Below, piece by piece: positions 47,376-59,588 of a DNA stretch of 64,000 nucleotides (position 1 is its first letter; the number at the start of each line of letters is the position of its first letter). The position numbers were made by a program, and so were the translations under genes. Below the pieces are notes generated by a model that saw only the letters and a program-made list of their open reading frames with translations, was not told the DNA's origin and did not search any database. This DNA comes from Phoronis australis (lineage: Eukaryota > Animalia > Phoronida), in the NCBI GenBank assembly GCA_002633005.1, contig NMRA01000045.1:561627-625626 (forward strand), given 5' to 3'.

Positions 47376-50300
47376 TCTAATCAACTTGTTTTTTCTTGCT
47401 GTAAATTAAAAGTGTGCTGTAAGTCTGCCTTCTTGCAAGAAAACTGTGGTGTTATGATTTAGGGGACTACTTACCCTGAATGGTCTCAGCTCAGTGATCT
47501 ACATAATCTAATATAAGTGAAGTTAAATCCCCCATGTTTTCGTAACTTTGCCGAAATTTTCGCTTTTCTTGCCGGAATCAGTACTTGGGGGACCATTGTC
47601 CTCCTCCCTTGGCAGCCTTCCTTACCTGATAAACATATTAAGCAGATTATAACTTTGAAGTTTCTCACTATTTTGTCCTAATGTATGGGACAATTGCCCC
47701 TAGTAACTTTCCACCTGCTATAGTGCCTTATGGAGAAAGTGTGTTTATCACAACTTCAGTTATCACCTTGACTGTTGACCTGAGATTGAACTAATATACA
47801 GTGTATTACAACTATAGCTTAAAGGAGACGAAAGGAAACAAAATTTTCAAAGTAGTAATATCTATTGAGCTTTCAGCAGTTGGATTCATTATTTGCTGTG
47901 AGTGTTAAAAATAAAGTCTGGGTCCATCATTCATTGAGTAATACTCTTGAATAACACCTGGTAAAGATTGCGTGTGTACATCAAATGACACACCTGTTAT
48001 TTAATCATGTATTTCAGTGCAGGGTAGCAATATGTCCTTTTAATATAGTGAAACTTTTTATCAATTGTAATATTGAAAAAGAATTGGTGGCTACACTTTT
48101 TAACCAACAATTAATGGAATATTGGTAGAATAGTCAACAGTCCTGAGTGCGGGGAGAAATTGAACAGGTTACGAAGGAACAGAAAATCCATTGAGCATGC
48201 TTCTGAAGCTAAGCGAAATAAAAACCTAATTCGTTAAGTTTCCAGTAACATTTTTTGCATCTGTGGTCTATTTGAAATGACAAATTTTTATGACAAAAAG
48301 CAAGGATGTGGTTACAAATATGGATTCATTATTTTTGTGCATGCGATAAGTTTCTGTGACCAACAGGTTTGTGAAAATACCTAGGTCTGTGGGTTGCTAA
48401 TTTACATAGTTAAAAGATGTTAAGAAATTTGATCTTTAGTAACAAAGATTGTCAGAAACTTCTGGGAAGACCTGAACTTTGATGTCATCGAAGTTATCTT
48501 TAGATGACGCTCTCAACAATGAGATTTGTGTGCATAAAAATTTGTAAACATTTTGATCAAATATTCACTATTCTTCTACTATAAGCATTTCATTTCCTTA
48601 AAACAGACATTGTCACTCGTCCAGGTGTTCTCTGTTTAATAACTCACAGTTTGATGATTTTTAGTATGTATTGATTAATCTTCTGTCTGGAGGAACAGCT
48701 TAACTGGCCTTTGACTTCATGGAATTAAAAATTAATAGCTCACATCTTTTGCTGATTTCAGAAACAAATACCCAAGCTATGTGCTAGTTTTCAGCTGAAA
48801 TCGCAGATCTACTGTAATAATTTTGTTCATAATTCATTTCCAATCTAGGATTACGTGATTAGGCTGCTGATCTGCTTCATATGTCACGAACAATGGAAAG
48901 TGAATGCTGTTTTTAATTTCCACCATAATTCAGCTATCTCTCATATTGCATCTGCTAGTTGGCTCTACACCTAGAGAGCATGCTGAAAACACTTGCAGAA
49001 ATGTTTTGTAGTGTAATGTCATCCATGGAAACGTGATTCAGTATCCGATGTTAGCGCCCATCTGCCTCATACATTTGTTATCAGGCTAGGTTTGTCCGTG
49101 GTTACTCTGTGAGTTTTGCTAGTCGTAATTGCTTTCTTGTTAAGCAACTGTAACTAAATTACTAGTTTCAGTAGCGCCTAATGATAATGACTGCAAAACA
49201 AGTCCTGCTCACTTCCATTTGTAATACATGCGTTCTCTGGCTGTCACCGGAAACATTACTGCTAAGTTGCAGTTCTTTATAATATCTGTCTTCTTTTAAT
49301 TAGAGAGATAAAAAGTTTCGCGGTTGTAAATTACTGTAGAGAGTTGTCTGTGCTAAATTGCAGTATAAACAAAGTAACAGTTATCCCAAGCTTCATAAAA
49401 TGAATTTGCCTGAGTATCAAGAAAGGTATGGCTAAAGTCTTGTTATTACTGACATTTGTTGGAGTGTGTTCATATACATCAATAACCTATAAATAAAATC
49501 CTCTAAATTTGATTATTTATTCTTAGAATAATTCTACAAATTTTCTATGGACTGTTAGTCAACTCTAGCCAGTCAGCTAGCTTTAGGAAGACTATCGTCA
49601 AAATACAACTATGTACCACCGTGTATTGAGCTCCGTTAGACCCCAAAATTTCACCCAGCTCTGGCAGTTCTGCTGGTCACCTTTTCGAGAAACGTATATC
49701 AACACGTAGAGCTAATGACTTAATGGGGTGCAGGGAAAATCTAGGAGTCAACCGACACTCACCTTGCCCGTTGTAACTGTTTAGGTCATTTTCTCGCATT
49801 CTCCGCCTTTTGTAGAAAAGAAACGTCCGTCCTTGTTTTGAAAACAGTTCGTTTGTGTCATTTTTTTGTTCTTTTTGATGTCTTTTTCTATTTTGTCCTT
49901 GCTGCAATAATGAAAACGTTACCAAATGTCATTTTATGGAATCTAAACAGTACCAACCAGACTAGTGATCGATTAATGTTCTCTTAGTACAGATTGTGAT
50001 CTCACTGATTTAGGACACAGTGTTGCAGACACTTTTTAAAAAAAGACAAGTTAGCGCTAAATAAAAGGGTTAATCTTGTTGATAGTCTATAACATAGCTA
50101 CAATCAGACAATGTGGGCATTTATGAGAGTGTTAGAGGCTTTGAAAATTTGAAAAAGATCTACGTTGATAATTATTTTACGTGTAAAATTCGCTCGAGAT
50201 TTTATCATAATTACAGTAATGTGTTTTGAAGTGCTTTTAATATCTAATGGTTTGCTTCGTCACCGTGGGCGTGGACACTGTCCCTACGAAAGCACTGATC

Positions 50301-52876
50301 ATTAGTTTATGAGATAGATGGCATGCTAACGAGAGTTGTACGGAGATACATTTAGGGATTAAAATGGTGTGTCTATGAGTGAGTACTCAATATGTGAGGC
50401 AGATGGTGGACAGAGGCTTCTGTGGTTCAATCTGTTTTTGTCACGGCTGAATCAGACCCTGAGAGTCGATGTTCGAGTATTTAGGATTTGTCCTTCTGGT
50501 GTGAGTTGAGAATTTTTAAATTTTCTTGAAAAAAGACAGTATGATTTAAAAACTCATTTGTAGGGAACTTTTATGAAGAAGTTGAAATTTAATTGAAAAA
50601 GGCACCTTTTTGTACCACAACTGATCATGAAATAGAGATTTGTTTTAGTTAGTCACTACTGTGTTGTAACCTCCTGCAGCCAGACCTCCATACAATGCAG
50701 GATTGAGCTCTGCATTTAGAAGGTCGATTTTTCAGTTTGTTGTTGGAATTCAAAACATTACCAGAGTTGTTTGGAAACTACGGTAAATTTGGGAAGGATA
50801 ATTTCCAAAATTGGCCTTTTTTCATTTTTTCAAAGGCCCCTAATGTTGTGAATGGCCGCGGTTTCTCATAACATTGTCCAATGGTAGATATGATATAGAA
50901 TTTAGGCTGATAAAGCCTTTATTTTGCATTACTCATCTTTTATAATGAAAATCAAAAAAATAAAATTTCACTTGACAGTCGTAGATTATGTTTTACGAGA
51001 ATTCCTGTGGAAATGAAGGCTTTTTGGGCGACTAAATTAGGCTTGCCATCCCTGGAATGTTACCGACTTAGTATTGCACACAAGCAAACCCATGAACCAC
51101 TTCGGCGACTTGGTGTTTTCCATTATTTTGTTTTTTTGTAGTTGTGGCTATTATACTTGCCATTAGGAATGGACCCTGCTTTTGAAATCTGCAAAAAACT
51201 CCAGATACAAATAGGACCTTTTTGCCATTCTTTGGCAGTTTTTCCTTTCTAAATCAAAGTTTTATATGCTATATACTTTTTGTGAAGACATGTGATGTAG
51301 GCCTAGATTTGGTGTAACTTTTTATAAAAACAAGTCGGGTCCAAAACTATTTGTCGACTTTAGTTTTCAAGGTTTTAAAGCTCAGTTGGTTTATCAACTT
51401 TTGGATGAAAGAAATAATGAAATCCTCATGAAAAAGATTCTAGCATTTCAAGCAAATGAATGTTCTCACATCATTGTTAATTATCTTTACGATCAAACTG
51501 CATCTTGAACTATGATATGGAACATGATTCGGAAGTCTTATACCAACCGTAGAAAAATTACTAATGATTCTAAGGAGATATTTTTAAGTGAAACTTGTTT
51601 CCGAGTGTATATCAGTATCATTGCTGCACTTTAATAGCTTTTGCGGCAACCCTTTCGACACCAGTATGGCGATTATTCACGTTTTCCATGTCTGCGTGTC
51701 ACATCTTTTCACGCTTGCTACTCTTTCGTGATATTTTTTATTGTTTACCATGCTTTGCTGTCACATTTTTACATTTTGTTAGGTTTTGCTTCATTTACTT
51801 GTTTTTTCCAATCTCAGAAAGATGTGAACCACCAAGAATGAAGTAAATTTTTCATTGTCATTTATTTTCTGAGATCTTTGACAAAACTAAATTTGGCCTC
51901 TCTTCCACGTTGCATTCCAATTGTTTAAAGTTACATTTTGTCCTGTTCAACTGGCTAATAGACGATAATCAAATTAGGTCTTTAACTCTCATAAAATTGG
52001 TCTCATAATATTCTTTATGGTGTTTGGAGGGCTTGGTAAACTCTAAAATGGCGCGTGTAAGCAACGCCTGTGATTTGAGACGCCTGCTCATCTGGCAGTA
52101 CGGTAACTTAAGTTTGGGTGAGCATGGTTAAGTTCTCAGACCCCAAACCGCTTCAGTTAAGTATTCTACAGCATCAGCTAAACTGGCGAAATTTAGATTT
52201 AAGTGTTTATTTGAATTGTAAATTGATCCCAAATTATTTTTCTCACTTATTTCTAACTATTTGCCATAAAATTATCTGATCATCGCAACTTGGAAGGTAT
52301 TACTCAATGACGTTCATTTTGGTATTGAAAATCAGTCAACTTGATATTCATCGATGTTATCATTGCTGTTTAAATATTGCTACCATGGATTGTCTTTTCA
52401 CCAGGTGAAACAGCAAATGTCAGTATTCTACTATGAAGCTTTTCAACATTTACTTTGAAGTTTTGAAACAATTGCATTCTGGGCCCGGGATCTAATCTTT
52501 GTACTTGAAATATTTTTTTATTTTCCATTCTATTTTTATACAAACTCAAGTACACCATGGTTTGTATGAACGGTTAACTTCCGTCCTGGATTGCACCAGT
52601 TAACTTCGCAGTAAACAGTCAGGTGGATTTAACAGTGGAGCGTTGATGCTGTGATGCAGTATGAATGGTCAACTCTGGTCTCATCGAAGTTATTGCCATG
52701 GGCCACTGCTTTCGTCAACAATTTTAGGGCAGTGTCGTTGCTAATAGTTGCTTATAGTTTCCTTAGAAAACCACCAATAGCGGAGTTGCAACGCCGCCAT
52801 ATTGGAAATGGGCCAGAATGTTGCATTGTGGTTAAGCTGGTAAACAAGTACGTCGGCAAGCGTAGGGGCGAACCGG

Positions 52877-53114
52877 CCACAGGGAGGTTATACGTGTTGT
52901 GTGCCTGGCATGCTATAATACCAGTTAGCGAAATAAAAGATTTAGTTACTACCTGTTTCCCAAGGATCAAGAACTGCGTTAAACATGGGTCAGAGACATC
53001 GGTAGAGCTGGTAGCAAAGGCCGACTTCGTGAATTCTTTCCGACTTCGTAGCATAAAGTGTGCAGCGCTCATTTTGAGGGCGGCAAGAAAACATATCTTA
53101 AAAACTGCCCAACA
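52877..53114 (+). pseudogene. THAP zinc-finger domain pseudogene (transposase N-terminus)
   Basis: PQGGYTCCVPG/CYNTS*RNKRFSYYLFPKDQELR*TWVRDIGRAGSKGRLREFFPTS*HKVCSAHFEGGKKTYLKNCPT: complete C2CH THAP signature with one +1 frameshift (52910) and three stops. Confidence 0.9.
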
Positions 53115-53531
53115 AAGAAACAGTAACAAATACTCCACGGCGGTTGGTAGTGAAAAAAAACTTGTTTTCGCTTGACCAGAACTAAGCCAACATCATGAGC
53201 AATTTTGACAATAATGTCTCTGCACAATCACCTGTTCTGGGTCGACTCACTTAACGTATGCACAATATATGCATTACGCGCTAAGATAAAGCGTGCAGAT
53301 TATTATTATTTAGTTTCTACAAAATTGTGGTACATTGCTATCAAAATTCGTTGTTAAATTACGATCATTTTTCATAAAATTTTGCTGAAGTTCCAGGGCG
53401 AAATCTTGCCGACAAATGCGTAGCTGCTGGTCTCGCAATCGTCGATAGGGCTTGAATTCTTAAATAAGAATACAGCTTTGACTCAACAAATTACCTGAAA
53501 TCCTCCTCAAGTTTTCCAAATAGCGTCTCTA

Positions 53532-54234
53532 NNNNNNNNNNNNNNNNNNNNNNNNNNNNNNNNNNNNNNNNNNNNNNNNNNNNNNNNNNNNNNNNNNNNN
53601 NNNNNNNNNNNNNNNNNNNNNNNNNNNNNNNNNNNNNNNNNNNNNNNNNNNNNNNNNNNNNNNNNNNNNNNNNNNNNNNNNNNNNNNNNNNNNNNNNNNN
53701 NNNNNNNNNNNNNNNNNNNNNNNNNNNNNNNNNNNNNNNNNNNNNNNNNNNNNNNNNNNNNNNNNNNNNNNNNNNNNNNNNNNNNNNNNNNNNNNNNNNN
53801 NNNNNNNNNNNNNNNNNNNNNNNNNNNNNNNNNNNNNNNNNNNNNNNNNNNNNNNNNNNNNNNNNNNNNNNNNNNNNNNNNNNNNNNNNNNNNNNNNNNN
53901 NNNNNNNNNNNNNNNNNNNNNNNNNNNNNNNNNNNNNNNNNNNNNNNNNNNNNNNNNNNNNNNNNNNNNNNNNNNNNNNNNNNNNNNNNNNNNNNNNNNN
54001 NNNNNNNNNNNNNNNNNNNNNNNNNNNNNNNNNNNNNNNNNNNNNNNNNNNNNNNNNNNNNNNNNNNNNNNNNNNNNNNNNNNNNNNNNNNNNNNNNNNN
54101 NNNNNNNNNNNNNNNNNNNNNNNNNNNNNNNNNNNNNNNNNNNNNNNNNNNNNNNNNNNNNNNNNNNNNNNNNNNNNNNNNNNNNNNNNNNNNNNNNNNN
54201 NNNNNNNNNNNNNNNNNNNNNNNNNNNNNNNNNN
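53532..54234. other. Assembly gap (N run)
   Basis: Run of N. Confidence 1.
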
Positions 54235-55979
54235 GTTGGGGCACTTGTTGAGCCATGGGCGCTAATTAGGGCGAATAGCGGCAGAATTACATACAGCAGC
54301 GTAGTTTAATGCACACAAATTACACGTCGTGCAAACCAGTCGGTCATCCCGTTTACCATCAACAATCCCAGTAGCCTTTGCGCACCCTAATTTCCGGACA
54401 TGCGCAATCGTTAAATCGATTCGGTTGCAACTCCGCTATTGAATTAGACATAAGTTTTATGACAATAAGCACACGTAAATGTTCTCAAACTGTCACGCTA
54501 AACAAAATCTTAGCATGCACAGGATGCATCAGCGCTTCTTTGCAGTTACTTCAATGACAACAGTGTCACCAGTCGTTTACTTTGATGCAGTTTAAACCAT
54601 CGAAGCTGCAATGAATGTTTTGATTAACTGCGCAGTTTACATTGACGCTCCGCTCGTACCAGACTTAAATTAGTGCGAGTGGGCCTTAAGTATCAGTGGG
54701 TGTGTGTGTGTGTGTGTTCGTGCGTGTGCGTGCTTGTGCGTGTGTCTGTTTGAAATACTGGTGGCTGTATGTAATTTTTGTTGTCATCGAAATGAAACTG
54801 CTGATTTACGTTTTCTGTGGAAAAAGTACAAAAGCGTGTTATTTTTTCTAGTCATGGCATCTATTAAATAACTAAATTTTATTATGTCACTGCATAAACT
54901 GTCACTCTCCTCAGATTGTGACAGTTTGTGCAGATCTTTGAAGCATTCGTAACAATTTGTGGGTGGTGAAATTCTTCAAACTGTAGTAGCTCTCAAACTG
55001 CGATATTTTGTACTTACCTTCGAAACAAAGGCTGTAAGAATTGCAAAAAGTGCAACGATATTGAAAACGAGGTTACCGTCATGTACGTTACGATATCACT
55101 GACAGATGTCAATCATTTGCTTTTCGTTCTTAAGGCCGCTTGGAGTCTTCACCCTCCCTTGGTCGTCAGTCATTTTCACGCGGGGACTTAAGACTTGCAC
55201 AAATTGTCTCTGTACCTAATTGCATTTCAGTTATGGTATAGTGAGACAATTCATTCTTTGAAGATCACGAACTGTCACAGCTTGAACCCGGGTAACAACA
55301 ATTTGAACAACCCACAAATCCCACATTGTCACAACTTAAAAATATAACAGTTCATGCTTCTTCGATTGTCTGCACAAAAGATACGAATTTCTGTGCAAAA
55401 ATGTAATGACTGGATGAAAACACAAAGTCATGTAGAACTTTTTAAAATTAGTTATCTTAATGCCTTCTGATTGGTACTAATGATGCAGTTAAAGTTGTTG
55501 AAGTGGCTGAAAAATGGAAATTGACTGGTGTAAGTTTTACTTTCATGAAATTGGTCTCATAGTAGTCCTCAGCATGATAGGGTTCTATTCCAGTTCGGAT
55601 TTAAATAACGTACATGAACATCAAAATCATCAGCCACTCAAGAAAACGCTTCAGGCTTAAATGAGTTGTCCAACCTGAAATTTGAAAATGGTGCCTGTGT
55701 GCATTGCCTGTAACATGAGTTGGCAGTTAAGGCATATCATGAGACCCGCTTTATGAGACTAATATATCCTGTTCGCACCATTGGGGTTATAACATTTGAA
55801 ACCCATTTAAGGGGTTATGAGTATTGATATGAGCACTTTAAAACCGGTTTTAAATTTGTAACTAAAAAAGTGGTAACTATACAGCAGTCACTACACTATT
55901 GTAACTTGGTGTGAACATCAGAGTTGAAAACATTATAACCCAGTAGATGGCACTGTTGTCCAATCTCTTTGAAACAATG

Positions 55980-56041
55980 ACACACACACACACACACACA
56001 CACACACNNNNNNNNNNNNNNNNNNNNNNNNNNNNNNNNNN

Positions 56042-56078
<37 letters not shown>
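55980..56078. repeat. (CA)n microsatellite with internal N gap (56008-56041)
   Basis: Read directly. Confidence 0.97.
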
Positions 56079-56081
<3 letters not shown>

Positions 56082-57143
56082 TGGGGTGAATTGGAAGGCG
56101 ATACCCACAAGGCACGATTTCATCAAAGCATGAATTATAATGGTTTTAGCTGTCAGTGTGAATTGTACCATTACATAACACTTTACAATTATAGAAAAAG
56201 TTACAAAGAAGTTTAGTTGGTCTGAGCACAGCTGTAGGCCTAAGGGCGACTAACACACAGCTTTATGTTTTGAAAAATTCTAGTTAGTGTAAGTATTGGC
56301 AAATTCTGAGTACCACCTATTAGTATCTCTGTTAGTGGGAACAACCACTAATTAAAGCGAATTATATTCTGAAAGGTTATCGTTCCTGTGACGCTTGCAA
56401 GTAATAACTTATATCTGCAAGTTTAATTAGGAATCCTCGGATTGGCATTTGAAGTTTGTGGTGCATTTTTCTGTGGTTTACGAAGTTCAGAGTTGGCTAC
56501 AGTAATTCTTTACCTGTTTTGCACAATAGTAAGTGCCAAAATTGTAATTTTCCATTTTTCAAAAGCCGATTACTGCACTTAAATTAACCAATTGTTGCTT
56601 TATGGTATGTATACATTACAAATCTTATCACTAATGTACTAAAATTTTCTTTATCTGTATTTTTGGGAGAACATGGACTATATTTCGGAAGAGTTGCATA
56701 AGCATTTAGTTGAATAAAGTTATGAATATATTTTGTCTCAGTGTAAGATCTTTGTAAAATTTGCGAAGTCTATTGATTTCCCATATGAACATGGTAACAC
56801 ATGAAAACTTTTTGGACGGATCCGACTACAGCTTTGCCGTACCTGGTGACAATTCTGTTTCGTTGCATTTGCGTCTCCATCTTTGGAGTTTTTGGATGGA
56901 TTTCCATGAAATTTAGCAAATGGATTACTATTAGCGAGGTGGTGACACCTTTTTGTTTTTGGACTGATTCAACATATTCTGTGCCACCTGTTGGCCTTTC
57001 TGAGCACTTTGTGTTGCTCTTAGGATTTAAGTTGTGTACGTCTGCTTCAAATGAACGATGACAGTAAACAGAATGGGAAATTCTGCGTGTGTTACGAATG
57101 ACAAAATAACACCAGTGGGACATTGAATCGGTTGCATAACTTA

Positions 57144-59588
57144 CCGTAAATGTTCAGGTTAACGCCTATGCTCAGTTAACCGCCCACCCCCTACTTAGGT
57201 GGATTTTCGATTTAACCGCCCACTGCTCAGTTAAGTGCCCCCCTGCGATTTTTGAAGATTTCCAGTTAAGCGCCCACCTCTTGGTTAAGCGCCCATCCTG
57301 GACTTTTAAAGAATGAAGATTTAGCGCCCAGTGCTAAGGAAACGCGCGATTCCCCGACTTTTAGAAAAAGATCGATGATCACAATGAGCGCAACGACGCC
57401 GGGCCTCCCAGACAGTTATTTAGCAATGTGAATTACAATACAAGTAACGAGTTATTGTCTAGGGTCATGGACTCACTTCAAAATATACTTGAACGTTTTT
57501 GTCACTTTATTTTCTTCCCATGTTTACAAAGTTGAAGAATGCCGCCGGCGTCAAAACTTCCGTTTTCAGCGACTTTGTCTGCCGCGCTGAGTTTCATCTG
57601 CAGTGCACTAGATAAATCATATATTCGAAAAAATAACGCCAGAGAAATGTGACAATGGTTTTGCCAACCCTCCAAATTCTGTTAAGGTGGGAAGCTCTTG
57701 TACTTTGAGCAAATCTCACAACTCACGGAAAGATGTCAAATTCTCAATATTTTGATGAATGTAACTGCCGGGTTATAGAAGATGTGTGGCGACTGAAGGG
57801 ACAGTACAAGTGCCTTATTGGGTTACCAATTTCGTTGCTGCCTATCAATTTCTGGATTCAAAGGTTGGCAATAATGTATGTTTGTGTATGATCTTGAGGT
57901 AATAAAAAACTGCTAGTCAAATTTTGTTTTTCGCTTACTGCCTCTCAGTCAAACTGGCATTAGCAGATTTAAGTAATGTGGCTGGCTGTTCTTTGCTATT
58001 TCTTGCATCAGCCCCCACGTATAAGCGTGACTGTGTGAATTATCGTTTCCACATCCCCTTTTTCGCCATCCAGAATAATTTTGTTTATACATTGGCCAGT
58101 TTCAGCCTGAACAAAAATTCTTACCATTCGAGTCTGAAATATCTACGACGTAGACTAACTGAAAATTGGCGATAGTGGGTAGGAGATTCACACAGCTAGC
58201 TACGGGCATGGGCTTAGGGAGCATCGAGCGGGGAAATATCGGAATAGACTTGACATCGCAGTTTTGGGGAACATTGGCAACAGAGGAAAGAACTGGGTCT
58301 TTCGTAACAACAGCTTAAAAGTACATAGTCACGCCCGTTTTTGTTACTTAGGGCTAGTCTCTTTTGATGTGTGACTTTGTAGTCATTTTGGTGCACGTGC
58401 GCAAGTTCCCACACTTTGTAGGGCATGTTACCTTGACACCAACATGTGATTCACAGGTTACTCACTCGTAGGCCCTATGTGCGTGCTGATTCCCGCCACT
58501 ATCTTTGGCCATAAAAAATGAGATGCATATTGAATGAGGCCGTTATATTACTTGACGGCATTTCCAAGTCTCGACTGTCAGCCGACTGAGACATTGCTTG
58601 CTAACAGCGGGACCAAACAGTGCCGCAGTGTGATAGGCCTATTGCAAGTGATATAAATAGGATAATCTGGACATCTTGCGTGAAAAATAAATGTTTTTCC
58701 ACCATGAAGTTTGGTAAGGTGATCGTTTAAGAATGAATTGAAACATCGCTGTTTTGTGGCGTTTTATCACATATTTATGTCGTGGCTCGAAATTTTATTC
58801 TTGATTGATGAGTGGCTCATGGCCGCTTAACCCCGATTCTTGTCTTAGGCCTAGTTCTTTGCCGAGCATGTTTGGTGCAACGGCAAGTGAGCAATGCCGG
58901 GCGGTCGAGATAAAACAGCTTGCCGCAGAACCATACGCTGAAAATGTCATTGAGTCACGGAGTGTCGACTATAAACATCCTAAACACAAAAAACATCTGA
59001 ATTAAGTTTTTTAAACTTTTATTACAACTAATTTTAAAACTGCTCTCAGACGTATGAACTTGGCAGCTCAGTACGAGACTGTAACCATAAATTTGATGTC
59101 TGCTGTGACCTCTGCAACACGTGAAGCTTGCACGTGCGCACACTATAACAAGGTCACATCTTGAAATAGTTGCAATCCAAGTAGAGGCTGCGTGGTCACT
59201 GGTCGTCTGCGCTCTAGAGGGCAAAGTAACAAGACCACAGTACGCCACGGGGCTATTACTCAGCAATTCTGTGAATTTAATAGTGAATAACTAATTTGAG
59301 GGCAGGAGAATCTTTTTTGGGATCATCCGCTGTTATGACATTTTTCTCGTCATGTGGCGACGTGACGATAACGCTCTTTGAAAAGTGCTACGCGTTCCGA
59401 GTACTACGAGGTAAGATTAACCGCCCAGGGCGGTTGCCTGTCGTAATAAGCGCCCATGTTCGGTTAACCGCCCACCCTGGATTTCTTGAAATTTCACGTT
59501 TAAGCGCCCATGTCTGGTTAACCGCCCACCCCCGATTTTTTGGGTTTGCCAATTTAACCGCCCAGGGCGTTAACCCGAACATTTACGG
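57144..59588. mobile_element. pogo/mariner-type non-autonomous element, 2445 bp
   Basis: TA|CCGTAAATGTTCAGGTTAACGCC ... GGCGTTAACCCGAACATTTACGG|TA, with arrays of ttaa(c/g)cgccca subterminal repeats at both ends. Only a faint HTH-like relic (MKLSAADKVAENG..W) near 57500-57630 on -. Confidence 0.9.

Larger units (their letters stand above)
52779..54437 (+). mobile_element. ISL2EU-like (Harbinger-related) element spanning the assembly gap
   Basis: AT|AGCGGAGTTGCAAC ... GTTGCAACTCCGCT|AT, a perfect inverted repeat of 18 bp when flanks are included; subterminal gccgccatattgg; THAP relic just inside the left end. Confidence 0.75.

Noticed and set aside
52651-53175. 174-aa + ORF and 128-aa - ORF as genes
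   Set aside because: Shadow frames of a disrupted THAP domain; both cross the transposon boundary.
53507-54256. 249-aa ORF
   Set aside because: Artefact of the N gap.
52580-54690. Outer long-TIR element around the ISL2EU-like insertion
   Set aside because: Only patchy inverted similarity; no left terminus matching gcgagtgggcc|tta was found.
55877-56216. CV/HT-repeat ORFs
   Set aside because: (CA)n microsatellite plus gap.
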